A DNA stretch of 64,000 nucleotides from Vulcanimicrobiota bacterium (GCA_963733295.1 CAVTCS010000003.1:672001-736000), one strand, 5' to 3'; counted from the first letter of the stretch, positions 29,284-39,357 are shown. Translations and numbers: made by a program. The notes: generated by a model not told the origin, from the sequence alone.

Positions 29284-29709
29284 ATGTCTCTCTTTTTCCG
29301 GATCACGTACATGATTGTTTCGGCCGTCGCGATGGTCGCACTGTTCAGCGTGATCCGCGCCGGATCGGCTCGTCGTGCCGTGGCTCGCCCTGAAGAAGCG
29401 CATCAACTGGCGCTACGGCTCTATCTCATTCAACTCGTCGTGCCTCTCGGTGCACTCCTGCTCTTGTGGACCGTCATCGTGCACGTTCACCGGGCATCTC
29501 CGCTCACGCTGGTCGCCGCCGTGGGCTACTCGCTCTTCTTTGGCGGCTACGCCCTCGCCGCATTGATCGGCGTCGTACGTCTGCGTTCCGGCGACCCCCT
29601 CCGCGCGCACCGAGCCGTCCACCGCGAACGTCTTGCCGCGATGTCCCCTGAAGCCCAGCGCGCCGAGGCCGCTGAAGAAGAACGTCTTCGCTCCGGCCGC
29701 GATCCGTGA
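29284..29709 (+). CDS. Hypothetical membrane protein
   Basis: Three hydrophobic segments; co-oriented with neighbours. Confidence 0.6.
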   Translation: MSLFFRITYMIVSAVAMVALFSVIRAGSARRAVARPEEAHQLALRLYLIQLVVPLGALLLLWTVIVHVHRASPLTLVAAVGYSLFFGGYALAALIGVVRLRSGDPLRAHRAVHRERLAAMSPEAQRAEAAEEERLRSGRDP

Positions 29710-29765
29710 AAACCCGAGGCGCAGCCCCAAATGAGTTCGAGGCGCTCGCTCGAAATCGTCCAGCG

Positions 29766-30047
29766 ATGCCGACGGTCGGTAGTATCGAGCTGAAGATCGC
29801 CCGAGTTGAGGGCTTCCTCGTTCGAGTCAAGTACCTCGACGGCGTGGACGTGCGTTCCGATCGGGAACAGATGCCGCCGTATCCGTACGAGCGTGCGGCG
29901 AAGGATTCGTGGACCGTCCGGCAATGGACGAGGGAGCGTTTCCAGCGTATCTATCCCGGCTTTGACGTGGACGTCCTGAACGGTCGACGAGCTGCGGTGC
30001 GAGGTCAGACTCGGCTCGAAACGCTGAGAGACACGTACGCACACTGA
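29766..30047 (+). CDS. Small hypothetical protein with internal repeat
   Basis: EGFLVRVKYLDG.DVRSD resembles PGFDVDVLNG..AVRGQ; start 29706 or 29766. Confidence 0.6.
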   Translation: MPTVGSIELKIARVEGFLVRVKYLDGVDVRSDREQMPPYPYERAAKDSWTVRQWTRERFQRIYPGFDVDVLNGRRAAVRGQTRLETLRDTYAH

Positions 30048-30054
30048 CTGGAGG

Positions 30055-31200
30055 GTGACGATGTACCGGCCGCTACTTGCTCTCGTTTTGTCCGGCAACT
30101 TACTGCTCTTGCCGGCCGCGGCAACAGCGGCACCCGAGCGTCCGCCCGCGCAAAGCGAAATGCCGGCGCCGAGGGGCCTCGCCGTCGTCCTCGTGGACGT
30201 TCCACAAAGCCCGCTCGATTTGCGAGCGTTGAACAATGAGTCCATGAGCGGCGCCGCGCTTCAGATCCATTGGAGCGAGATCGAGCCGGCCGAAGGCAAG
30301 CCGGACTGGTCGAAACTGGACGCGCTGTTCGGCGCTGCTGAAAAATCCCAGAAGTGGGTACAGCTGCTCATCTTCCCGGGCTTTTTCACGCCGGCTTGGG
30401 CGCTGAAAGGCGTCCAGACGGAAACGTTTCCGCTTCAATATGGTCCGGGCCACGGATCGCTCGAGAAGCTTCCGGCGCCCTGGGACACGGTGTATCTCAA
30501 CCGTTGGTTCGCGTTCTTGAGTTTACTGAGCGAGAGGTACGGAAAGTCGCCGGCTTTCAGGATGGTCGCAGCGGTCGGACCGACCTCAGTTTCGGCGGAG
30601 TGCACGTTGCCGAACACGCCGCAAGATCTTAGGAAGTGGCAAACTCTCGGGTATACGACGGCCAAATATATTGGGGCGTGGCAGAAAGTCTTCCAAACGT
30701 ATTCTGCCGATTTCCCTAACCAGTACGTCTCGCTCTCGGCGGGCGCCGGTCAAGTTGGTATCAACGACGCGGGCAAAATCGAGAAGGGCGGTCAGGCGCG
30801 CACGCGACAAACCATCGTCAACGACGCAATAGACACCTTGGGGAAGCGATTCGTCCTCCAGTCGAGCAACGTCCACGCCGGCCCGGGTCCTCACGAGGCG
30901 AATTCGGAGGCTGATGATAAATTCGTCATCGACTATAGCGGACGGATTATCACGGGCCTTCAAATGCGCAGCGCTGCCGAAAACAGCAGCGGAGTGATGG
31001 GCGCCATGGGCGATCCCGCGCTGGCCCTGCAAAAATCGATCGATCTCGCCCTGCAGCCGAACGCCGCCGGTCAGCACGTCGATTATCTAGAAATTTACGA
31101 ACTCGATGTGCTTGCCGAAGGAACGCAACCCGTACTGCGCACCGCGGCGGCGCGGTTCGGGTCCCCGCGACCCGTTCCGCGCGGCACTCCGATGCGGTGA
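30055..31200 (+). CDS. Secreted glycoside hydrolase-like TIM-barrel protein (GH42/GH35-like N-terminus)
   Basis: Signal peptide; WSEIEPAEG.PDWS.LD, PAPWD..YL..W. Confidence 0.6.
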   Translation: MTMYRPLLALVLSGNLLLLPAAATAAPERPPAQSEMPAPRGLAVVLVDVPQSPLDLRALNNESMSGAALQIHWSEIEPAEGKPDWSKLDALFGAAEKSQKWVQLLIFPGFFTPAWALKGVQTETFPLQYGPGHGSLEKLPAPWDTVYLNRWFAFLSLLSERYGKSPAFRMVAAVGPTSVSAECTLPNTPQDLRKWQTLGYTTAKYIGAWQKVFQTYSADFPNQYVSLSAGAGQVGINDAGKIEKGGQARTRQTIVNDAIDTLGKRFVLQSSNVHAGPGPHEANSEADDKFVIDYSGRIITGLQMRSAAENSSGVMGAMGDPALALQKSIDLALQPNAAGQHVDYLEIYELDVLAEGTQPVLRTAAARFGSPRPVPRGTPMR

Positions 31201-31201
31201 G

Positions 31202-32092
31202 CTAAGGCATCGCCTTCGCGAGGTCGCCGGCTTTTCTGTACACGAGATCCCGGATCTCCCGGACTCGCTCGAGGGGCAGTCCCTTGGGATCGGGTAAGCC
31301 CCAATCCGCGTCGATTCGCGGAATGCCCTCGACATCGCATCCCATCGTGATGATGCGGTCTGCTTTCGCGAGCACCGCCGGGTCAAGGAGTTTCGGGCGC
31401 GCCGCCGAGATGTCGATTCCAACCTCGGCCATCACCGCAACCACGCCCGGATCGGGACGGTCGGCGGCCAACGTTCCGGCCGACGCGACGTCCACGTCGT
31501 TGCCGGCCATGCGGCGCAAGAACGCCTCCGCCATCTGGCTGCGACCGGTGTTGTGTTTGCAAACGAAAAGGATGAAGGGCTTCAAAATCTTTTCCATCGC
31601 GACGACGTCGATAAAGCGGCCGTCGAGCCGGCCTTGTTCGGCAAATGTGCCGACCTTGCGGTATCCCATCTTCAGATAAAGGCGCCGACCCGCTTCGTTC
31701 TGCGCGAGTGCGAAGAGCACGATCTTGTGAAACTCATTCCGCTTGGCGTAACGTTCGAGCGACTGCAAGAGGGCCGATCCGACGCCGCTCCCTCGCGCTC
31801 GTCTTTCCACATAAACGGAGAGATCGGCAACGCCGCGATACGCGCAGCGATGCGAGTAGGGGTTGAGTGACGCCCACCCGACGACGCGATTGTCGCGCTC
31901 TGCAACGAGCACGCTATAGCGGTCGCCGTGCGCGCGATACCATTCACGGATCGTATCCTCGGTTTGCGCGACTTCGTCGAGCGTGGCGATTCGATCTTCG
32001 ATGCCTTGGTTGTAGATTTCGCGGATGGCGGCGAGGTCGTTTGAATGCGATTCACGGATGCGTAGCGAGCTCACGTCGGCGATCATGGTCAT
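31202..32092 (-). CDS. ArsN-type GNAT acetyltransferase fused to LMW-PTP-type arsenate reductase ArsC
   Basis: IYNQGIEDRIAT, YSHRCAYRGVADLSVY, RGSGVG; then LFVCKHNTGRSQMAE, SAGT, TMGC, DW.LPDP. Confidence 0.88.
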   Translation of the reverse strand: MTMIADVSSLRIRESHSNDLAAIREIYNQGIEDRIATLDEVAQTEDTIREWYRAHGDRYSVLVAERDNRVVGWASLNPYSHRCAYRGVADLSVYVERRARGSGVGSALLQSLERYAKRNEFHKIVLFALAQNEAGRRLYLKMGYRKVGTFAEQGRLDGRFIDVVAMEKILKPFILFVCKHNTGRSQMAEAFLRRMAGNDVDVASAGTLAADRPDPGVVAVMAEVGIDISAARPKLLDPAVLAKADRIITMGCDVEGIPRIDADWGLPDPKGLPLERVREIRDLVYRKAGDLAKAMP

Positions 32093-32795
32093 CTCTCGTC
32101 TCTGAGGGGTGAGGGAGCATCACGGCCAGCGCTGTGGCCTCGGAAACCGGCGACAACCAACCGAAGAGCGCCGTTGCGGCGCCGGCACCGAGAAGTTGTG
32201 CGAGAACGAACGGAGGCACGTCGATCGGACGGATGCCGGCAAAGGTATCGCTGAGCGACCGCGCAATCGTCACCGCGGGATTTGCGAACGACGTCGACGA
32301 CGTGAACCAATAAGCACCCACGATGTACGCGGCAACTGCATACGGCGTCGCGCCTGGGCGCGCTCGAGCGCAGCCCCAAATGACGGCTAGCAGCCCGAAG
32401 GTCGCGATGAACTCGCCCAACCACAAAGGGCCACCCGCGCGAACGCGATGCGATGCAAAGAACAACGGTAAACCGAACATGACGTTCGCAGCCGCGACGC
32501 CTGCCAGCGCGCCGAAAATTTGCGCGCCGATGTAAGCCGGCACGTCACGCCAGGCAAGGCCGCGCTGCCAGGCGTCCACGATCGTTACGGCCGGATTGAG
32601 ATGTGCGCCCGAAATCGGTCCGAACGCAAGGATGATCGCCACGAGTGCGGCGCCGGTCGCGATCGCGTTCGCAAGGAGCGCGAGCGCTACGTTTCCCGCT
32701 GCGAGCCGATCGGCCATGATGCCGGAGCCGACGATAGCGCACAGCAGGAGCGCGGTTCCGACCGCCTCCGAGGCAGCCCGGCGCCCGAGGTTCAC
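32052..32795 (-). CDS. MIP/aquaporin family channel (AqpS-like, arsenite)
   Basis: SGAHLNPAV and SFANPAV NPA motifs; VGSGIMA..L; inside ars operon. Confidence 0.9.
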   Translation of the reverse strand: MNLGRRAASEAVGTALLLCAIVGSGIMADRLAAGNVALALLANAIATGAALVAIILAFGPISGAHLNPAVTIVDAWQRGLAWRDVPAYIGAQIFGALAGVAAANVMFGLPLFFASHRVRAGGPLWLGEFIATFGLLAVIWGCARARPGATPYAVAAYIVGAYWFTSSTSFANPAVTIARSLSDTFAGIRPIDVPPFVLAQLLGAGAATALFGWLSPVSEATALAVMLPHPSETRDDHDRRRELATHP

Positions 32796-32796
32796 A

Positions 32797-33237
32797 CTAG
32801 CAACACGCGGGCGACGCGGCTAACTTAGCTGCGTCCGTTCGGCAACAGGTCGTCTCCTCGCTGTCGCGTTCTTCGGCTTCGGCGATAACGAAGTACGTCT
32901 CCCAACGGCGTCCGTCGGGGTCGGTCGCCCAAACCTTGTTTTGGATCGCGTAGCAGCACGTCTCGTTCGTCTCAACGTCGACGAGTTGGCCTGCCGCGCG
33001 CAGCCGCGCGATCGCGGCGTCAACGTCCTCAGGTTTTTCGACGACGACGCCGTAGTGGGCGCCTTCGACGACCTTTGCATTCGGGTCGGCATCGAGGGCG
33101 AGCTCGAGCCCGGGGTCCTCCGTGAGAAACAGTGCGTAGTCTCTGTAATGCTTGACGGGTTCGGCGGAGAGTAAGCTGCTGTAGAACGCGACGCTCGCGT
33201 CGAGATCGCGGGTTGCGAGGTTCATGTGCATTTTCAT
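32797..33237 (-). CDS. ArsI/CadI family VOC (glyoxalase-like) protein
   Basis: H.NL..RDL..S..FY, HYG, TCCYA.Q.K.W..DPDG..WE; C-terminal CC pairs. Confidence 0.88.
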   Translation of the reverse strand: MKMHMNLATRDLDASVAFYSSLLSAEPVKHYRDYALFLTEDPGLELALDADPNAKVVEGAHYGVVVEKPEDVDAAIARLRAAGQLVDVETNETCCYAIQNKVWATDPDGRRWETYFVIAEAEERDSEETTCCRTDAAKLAASPACC

Positions 33238-33566
33238 GCGAGTACTTTCGTCGGAAGAGTAGCGCCGAGTGCGGCGTCGAGCCGTTGGCGCGCGTCGGTT
33301 GCAAGGCGGTAATAACCCCAGGTACCGCGCCGAACCGAAGTGACCAGTCCGGCGTCCTTGAGGATCTTCAAGTGGTGCGAGACGGTCGGCTGACTCAGCT
33401 CGAGACCGGAGGTGAAATCGCAAACGCAGACCTCATCCTCGGCACGCGCGAGGGTTGCGACGATCGCAACGCGCGCCGGATCCGCGAGAGCCTTGAAAAG
33501 CGTCGCTTCGTCGCTTAGGTCACCGTCATAGACGGCCGTCTCGGGACAGCAGCGCTGCATCGACAT
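33234..33566 (-). CDS. arsR: ArsR/SmtB transcriptional repressor
   Basis: FKALADP.R, EVCVCD, LSQPTVSHHLK.L..AGLV, RRGTW.YY. Confidence 0.93.
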   Translation of the reverse strand: MSMQRCCPETAVYDGDLSDEATLFKALADPARVAIVATLARAEDEVCVCDFTSGLELSQPTVSHHLKILKDAGLVTSVRRGTWGYYRLATDARQRLDAALGATLPTKVLA

Positions 33567-33602
33567 ATTTCGATTCTAGCCATTGTATCGGAATTTGTCA
33601 AT
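33559..33602 (-). promoter_or_regulatory. ars promoter with two putative ArsR operators
   Basis: TTGACA(33601-33596)-N17-TAGAAT(33578-33573); palindromes ATCGA-N6-TCGAT (33559-33574) and ATCGG-N6-TCAAT (33587-33602). Confidence 0.8.
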
Positions 33603-33720
33603 ACAGACCGCCCCAGTCGGATGCAGCGCTCCGAAATCCCGGTCCGAGTTCGGCAACAACAAACCGCAGTAACCGTCGACGGCTACGCGAAGGTGCCCAG
33701 GCCCGAAGAGGAAGCGTAAC

Positions 33721-34173
33721 TTGAACATTCGACTTCAGTGCCTTTGCTTGCTCGCCGCGATGGCGCTCACCGTTCCGGCCTCGGCCGGCGAGGCAGACCA
33801 GATTACCGACCAGCTGACCAAGCTGAACTCCACGCTGCAAGTGGCGACGAAGAACTACGATATCGCCGTACTCAACAATCTCGTCTCGAGCGATTACGAA
33901 CTGGTTTCATCACATGGGAAAGTCTACGATCGAGCCGCTTTTCTCAAGGACGCCGCCGATCGCTCGGCCGTTTACGAAATCAACCAGCCTGAGGACGTGG
34001 CGGTTCGTCACTACAACGGCGATTGCGCGGTCGTCACCGCCGTGCTTCACGTTCGTTATAGAACCGGTGGCAAAACGGTCGACGTTCGAATTCGGTACGG
34101 AGACACGTGGGTCAAACTGAACGGCACTTGGCGTTACGTGTACGGCCAGGCCTCACCGATGAAAGCGAAGTAA
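33721..34173 (+). CDS. Secreted NTF2-like (DUF4440) protein
   Basis: Signal peptide; G...DRAAFL, VRHY.GD.AVV, Y.DTWVK.NG.WR. Confidence 0.8.
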   Translation: MNIRLQCLCLLAAMALTVPASAGEADQITDQLTKLNSTLQVATKNYDIAVLNNLVSSDYELVSSHGKVYDRAAFLKDAADRSAVYEINQPEDVAVRHYNGDCAVVTAVLHVRYRTGGKTVDVRIRYGDTWVKLNGTWRYVYGQASPMKAK

Positions 34174-34206
34174 CGGGACTCACGTGAAGCGATGTGCCGT
34201 CACCCC

Positions 34207-34602
34207 ATGAGAGCTGCGCTCGTCGCGCTCGTGGCTATGGGATTGGCGGGCTGCTCGAACTCCCCCGAACGGCCTTCTCCCTATCCAACGTGTTCGCAGG
34301 CAGATTTGCTCAAATTCGACAAGCGTCTGGCCGCCATCGTAAGCACCAAAGTGTTCGACTACGACGCGGAAAAGCTCGCCGCCGATACCGCCCAGAAGGA
34401 CGCCACGACCTGCCGGCTCGCCACGACAGGTTTGCGCCAGGTCAGCTGGATGAGGCGCGAATCGCACGCGTGGGCGACTCTCGCGCAGATCGAAACCGTC
34501 CAGGACGACGGCTACGCCGCAGGGGACGATCAACGAAACGCGGACCAGCTGGTTCAGCTCGCAAACGCTCTCGCGGATCGCGCCCGCAACGGGACGCGTT
34601 GA
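34207..34602 (+). CDS. Hypothetical lipoprotein
   Basis: Lipobox LAGC after a hydrophobic stretch. Confidence 0.65.
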   Translation: MRAALVALVAMGLAGCSNSPERPSPYPTCSQADLLKFDKRLAAIVSTKVFDYDAEKLAADTAQKDATTCRLATTGLRQVSWMRRESHAWATLAQIETVQDDGYAAGDDQRNADQLVQLANALADRARNGTR

Positions 34603-34739
34603 ACCCCTAAGGCAAAACCGGCCCGGGGAGGCCTTTTTTGACCCGGGCGGCAGGAGTTGGGGTCGTCCGTTGTGCTAGCTCCTCGCTGCAAGGAATCGCC
34701 GTCGCGCGATCTCACCCGCTACCCAGAAAGGACCAGCCC

Positions 34740-35024
34740 GTGCCGGACAAAGTCGACTTCAACGAGTTTCTCAAGCAGGTTGACGAGCGCGTAAAAGTGC
34801 GAGCCAAAGAGGAAGAAGTGCACGGCCTCCTTCGCATGGGAAACGTGTGGCGTCTCAATCGCGTAGAGGCCAGCATCACCAAGGACGCGTCAAACAAGGG
34901 TGACGAGTACGAGCTGACGGTCCAAGGCGGCCCTGACGCGTCACGCATATTTCACAGCAAAGTCGGTTCCGTCGATGAGACGGCAACTGAGATCGTTCGC
35001 CGGCTCGGGACGCTGACCCACTAA
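34740..35024 (+). CDS. Hypothetical protein
   Basis: GAAAGGA RBS then GTG; typical codon usage. Confidence 0.6.
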   Translation: MPDKVDFNEFLKQVDERVKVRAKEEEVHGLLRMGNVWRLNRVEASITKDASNKGDEYELTVQGGPDASRIFHSKVGSVDETATEIVRRLGTLTH

Positions 35025-35479
35025 GCTATCCATCGATCCCCGGCTTGTTGCACGAAGTTTGCAAAGACATAGCGCCACGGAATAACGAGAAGAAATATCG
35101 CGCCCATGAGGCAGGCTTGAATGGTTTGCGCCATGTCGCCGTCGATTGGGCTGTGGGTTATCCAAAGTGGAAGTGCAACAACGATCAACCAGATGACTTT
35201 CCAGGTCACCTCGAAAAATAGCAGCGGCAGCATTTTGAGCGGGTAGCGAAGTCCCAATATCGCCAGGAGCGGCAGCGCAGCCAGGACGCTGTTGCCGATA
35301 CTACGCCATGGGCCGAGCGTTAGCGGCCATGCCGTGTGATCGAGCATTGCCGGCCATACGGTTGAACCAAGGCCGACCACCAAGAGCAGGTAGCCGGCTC
35401 TGAGGAGATAGAGTTGAAATAGCGATACCTCCGGCGTCGAAGCGCCGGAAGCCGGGACTGTCGCCGTCATCGAAGACAT
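35021..35479 (-). CDS. Hypothetical membrane protein
   Basis: GGGGAG RBS; LYLLRAGY, LGLRYPLKMLPLL.FE..WK..W, IPWRYV. Confidence 0.75.
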   Translation of the reverse strand: MSSMTATVPASGASTPEVSLFQLYLLRAGYLLLVVGLGSTVWPAMLDHTAWPLTLGPWRSIGNSVLAALPLLAILGLRYPLKMLPLLFFEVTWKVIWLIVVALPLWITHSPIDGDMAQTIQACLMGAIFLLVIPWRYVFANFVQQAGDRWIA

Positions 35480-35544
35480 TTGCACGCTCCCCTTGGAAAC
35501 AACGAAGGTACTGGTGAGCCGGCCCATCAGTTTCGCAAGGGGAA

Positions 35545-35579
35545 GTCAACACCGCGCCGTTCCGCGGCGCGGTGTTGAC
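35545..35579. terminator. Perfect 15-bp hairpin, probable terminator or processing stem
   Basis: GTCAACACCGCGCCG-TTCCG-CGGCGCGGTGTTGAC just after the stop of 35592-36404. Confidence 0.6.
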
Positions 35580-35591
35580 GGACAGCCGACG

Positions 35592-36404
35592 TTAGCCGGG
35601 TTGGGTCAGGAAGTCCCAGCGCCCGTCGAAGCGAGGACCGTGGTCGATACGGCCGGCGAGCGTGACCGTGTGCTTTCCGGGCGCCAGATCGAAACTCGGC
35701 GTCAGAACAAAGCCGTGATCGGTCACGTTGGCCATCGGAGTCACGTCACGACCGTCGAGCGCGATCCGCACGGTGTCCGGATCGACCGGTTGCTGGAAGC
35801 GCGCGGAGATTTCGGGACGGTGTGCGCCGATCATCGCACCAGGCTGAGGCTGCAGCTGCGCGAGCCCCATCGTCACGACGTCGGGCTGGCCTTCGTCAGC
35901 GCGCGGCGGTGCTGGATTTTGTTCACCCCTCTTGGCGCCCTGGTAACCGTAGCTTCTGGAACGGTCTTGGTTGCCGCTCTGATTGACGTACACGGTGTCG
36001 CTCGACGACACGAAGTTCACCGACGCGCCGAGCGCCTGTGAAATGAAGCGCAGTGGAACGAGGAGGCGGCCGCCGACGAGGAACGGCGGCGCATCGAGCG
36101 TCGTCGGTTGTCCGTTCACCGTCGCTTGCGTCGAGCCGACCTGCAATTGCACCGTCGTGCGGCCCGCCGTTGCGTTGATCTGGCCGTTGGAATAAACGAC
36201 GCTCGCGCCGAGGTGTTCGAAGACGCCGCGTAGCGGAACGAAGAGCCGTCCGTTCTGTTCGACTGGCGGCTGGTCGAACTGCATCGGTTGGCCGTTCACG
36301 ACGACAGTTGCGCTCGACTGCGCCATCGCGGCCGCCGGCGCGATGAGGGAGAGAGCGAGGATTGCGGATCCGAGGCGGCTTGTGAAAAACGTTGTCATGT
36401 TCAT
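35592..36404 (-). CDS. Copper amine oxidase N-terminal (stalk) domain secreted protein
   Basis: Signal peptide; NGRLFVPLRGVFE.LGA.V, GRLLVPLRFISQALGASV. Confidence 0.85.
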   Translation of the reverse strand: MNMTTFFTSRLGSAILALSLIAPAAAMAQSSATVVVNGQPMQFDQPPVEQNGRLFVPLRGVFEHLGASVVYSNGQINATAGRTTVQLQVGSTQATVNGQPTTLDAPPFLVGGRLLVPLRFISQALGASVNFVSSSDTVYVNQSGNQDRSRSYGYQGAKRGEQNPAPPRADEGQPDVVTMGLAQLQPQPGAMIGAHRPEISARFQQPVDPDTVRIALDGRDVTPMANVTDHGFVLTPSFDLAPGKHTVTLAGRIDHGPRFDGRWDFLTQPG

Positions 36405-36471
36405 CTCGCCGCTTTTTCCCGCGCACGGCCGATTCAAAACGGACGATCGAGCGCTAGGCGGCAGATGCCAA

Positions 36472-37077
36472 TTATTTCGCGCAGTTGAGGTTGAAGCGAA
36501 AACCCGGGGGTCTGTGGAGATAAACGAGCTCACTACTTCCCTGGATGAGGAGCTTCGTAGGCTTTCCACCGTATCCGGGATAGTTCGCCGGATACCAAAA
36601 CTTAATTTCGCCTTTGCGGGTGACCCCGGGCGGAAAATCGCTCGCGTTCGGGCGATCGTGAGGGTAGAAAAGTTCATAGAGACCGGTCTGGTCTTCAGCG
36701 GACGTGAAGCTGGCGTAGGTGTCTTTACCACTAAGTTCGGCGGAGTCGTCGTAGGCGCGGAGACCGATCCCCACACCGGAAGGCAAGGACAAACCCCAGT
36801 TCCATGCGGTATTGTTTGTGACGTTTAGAGTGCTCTTGGTGGCGTTGGTCCATTCCATGGAGACGCCCCAGCCCGTCTTCGGTTGGTCATCGAAACCTGT
36901 TTTGCGGCGTACCGGTTCGATTTTGGTGACGCGAGCCCGCCAGACGCCGTTGGACACCACCTGATTGAGGCAGCCGTCGACGACGGGTGCCGGACTGGGT
37001 GCTGCGTTACCTGATGCGGCCAGACTCACCGCGAGCGCATACAAAAACGCGAAGAACAACGGGCGACGGAACTTCAT
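36472..37077 (-). CDS. Secreted hypothetical protein
   Basis: GGAGG RBS, signal peptide, GCLNQ...NGVWR, terminal Cys. Confidence 0.7.
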   Translation of the reverse strand: MKFRRPLFFAFLYALAVSLAASGNAAPSPAPVVDGCLNQVVSNGVWRARVTKIEPVRRKTGFDDQPKTGWGVSMEWTNATKSTLNVTNNTAWNWGLSLPSGVGIGLRAYDDSAELSGKDTYASFTSAEDQTGLYELFYPHDRPNASDFPPGVTRKGEIKFWYPANYPGYGGKPTKLLIQGSSELVYLHRPPGFRFNLNCAK

Positions 37078-37144
37078 GTACCCTCCAGAAGCGCGGCAAA
37101 AATCGCCTTGTTTCCGGCGCCTGCCGCCACCTTCAGCGCGAGCG

Positions 37145-37583
37145 CTATCGAACGCGCGCTTTAATTGGTGCCGGTGTCCGTTTTATGATTTCGACGGCCA
37201 ACTGCTGGCCCGGAACGGACCGAATCGCATACTCCGTCGACGCAACCTGATCGAAAATGTTCCCGTAACTCGTGATAACCGTAGCTGTGAAGGTCTCGCG
37301 GAAATCGTACCGTGCCTCCGTCGGCCCGAAACTGGCAATACGCCGGTATACCGCCCCTTCGTCGGGACGCGGCACCCTGTCGTGGGCCTCGATCGTTCGA
37401 ACGGAGATTTCGCTTGACATCTCGTTGATGGAGACAGCGACCTTCACGTCGATCGCCGGGCCGAATCCGATATTGCGCAGTGCGATGTCGACGTTGAATT
37501 GGTATGTATACGGCGGTTAGGATCGCGTGGACGGAAGCACCCAGAGCAAAGCCCGTGGGACTGACAGCCTCGAAGGGTTCCAT
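37145..37583 (-). pseudogene. Interrupted hypothetical gene
   Basis: Two overlapping ORFs (37161-37583, 37145-37447) joinable by one frameshift near 37510; LRNIGFGPA. Confidence 0.3.
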
Positions 37584-37765
37584 GCTCGTTCCCTTTCCTT
37601 ACGGCGAAGAAAACATGAAATGGCTGTAGGAGGGCAAAGTGCAGGGTATAAGGAGGCGGGCAGCCTAATTGATGATTTAAGCTTGGGACTGGTGGAAAGC
37701 AGATTGTGAGAGTACGCTACGAAGGCGCGCGTTTTGATCGATTAGCGTGCAGAATTCGGTAATTA

Positions 37766-39357
37766 TGCTTGCTTTGCGTTCGCTAGCTTATTCGGCGCAG
37801 CGCTTCTTGTTTGCATACAACTTTCTGGCGCAGCTCAGCTCACGTGCTGCGGTTCAGCACCACACTAGATCTAACAGAGCTAAACTGGTTTACAGACGGT
37901 AGTGTTTAGAAGGGCTCCGTGTCCTTTTTGAACGGCGCTTTTCTCACGCGCTGGGGAACTGGCCGGGCCGTTCCTGAACTCGCTTCGGAAGTCCCAACGC
38001 AACGAAATGGCGGCATCAGCGCAGACGGGAAGACGATCACATGGCATCTCCGCGGGGGGTTGAAGTGGTCTGACGGCACACCACTTACCTCTGCGGACAT
38101 CGCATTCACGGTCGCGGAAATCAAAGACGAACGACGATCGTCCTCGATAAGCATGCATTTCTTTTCATAGAGCGTGTCAGTACGCCTAATCGCGATATCG
38201 CGGTTTTCGAACTGTCGCGTCCGTACGGTTTCGCGATTCACTCGTACTTCGGTTCCGACTCGTATCCAATCGTGCCAAAACACTTGCTCGAGGGCAAGGA
38301 TTTCAACAAAGCAGATTTTTGGGATCTTCACGTGGGTGCGGGACGCTTCAAAATTACGCGATTTGCGCGCGGCGACCGCGTCGACCTCGAGCGCAACACG
38401 TTTTATTTGCGGGGACGTGCCAAGCTCGATAAGGTCGTTTTTAAGATCATTCCGAGCTAGATAGGATCGGTCAATGCAATGAAGTCTGGCGACCTCGATC
38501 TACTTCCCTATCAGTCATTCACCGGATATGCGATGTTCGGCTCTCCAGCGAGCGTTCCCGCGGTTGAGATCGCCGGTCAACGTATCAGCTGGTTCGTCTT
38601 AAACCAACAGAGTGCGGTACTGTCTGATGTCGTCGTGCGGCGCGCACTACGATTAGGTCTCAATCGCGCCGGCATTCTTCAACGGACCTTCCACGGCGCG
38701 GGTGTGCTGAATGAGTCGTTGCTCCCGCCGTTTGCACCGGAATACGACAAGGATCTCGCGATCGTGAAATATGACCCGAAGGCTGCCGCCGCACTGCTGG
38801 AGGCAGACGGCTGGAAGCTCGGCTCCGACGGAGTCCGCACGAAGAACGGCACGCGACTACATATCCAGGTGGTTTCTGGTGCGGGCTCCGCATTGGTCGA
38901 TCAAGTGCTCGAACAAGCGCGAGCAGATTGGACCGCGATCGGCTTCGAGATGGAGACGAAACTCTATGACGGCGGGCTCTTTTTCGCACCGATCAGCGAG
39001 GGCGGTATCGTCGATGGAGGTCACTTCGATCTTGCACTGTGGAGTCCCGGAGCAGTTTTTGCGGATTCTTTTCCTGCGCAATTTGATTGCAGTCTAATCC
39101 CGCCCAACGGAAACAACGATTTCCGGTACTGCAACCGCCACTTACAACCAATCCTTCACCAGATTGAGCGCACGTACGATCCGATCGCTCTGGCACCTAT
39201 GTACAAGCAATTACAACGCACACTTGACGATGACGTGCCATTTATCGTTATCGGCTCGACCAACGAGTACACCGTTCATACGGACGATGTGACTGGGCTG
39301 CACATCCCACCGTATTATCCGTTCGATGATTTCATGGACGTTGACGTGACGAGGTAA
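37766..39357 (+). pseudogene. Decayed peptide ABC transporter substrate-binding protein (family 5)
   Basis: PELASEVPT..NGGIS.DG.TI..HLR...KWSDG.PLTS.D, VGAGRFK, VRRAL, DGVR.KNG; in-frame TAG at 37907 and 38458 plus a frameshift near 38150. Confidence 0.8.
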
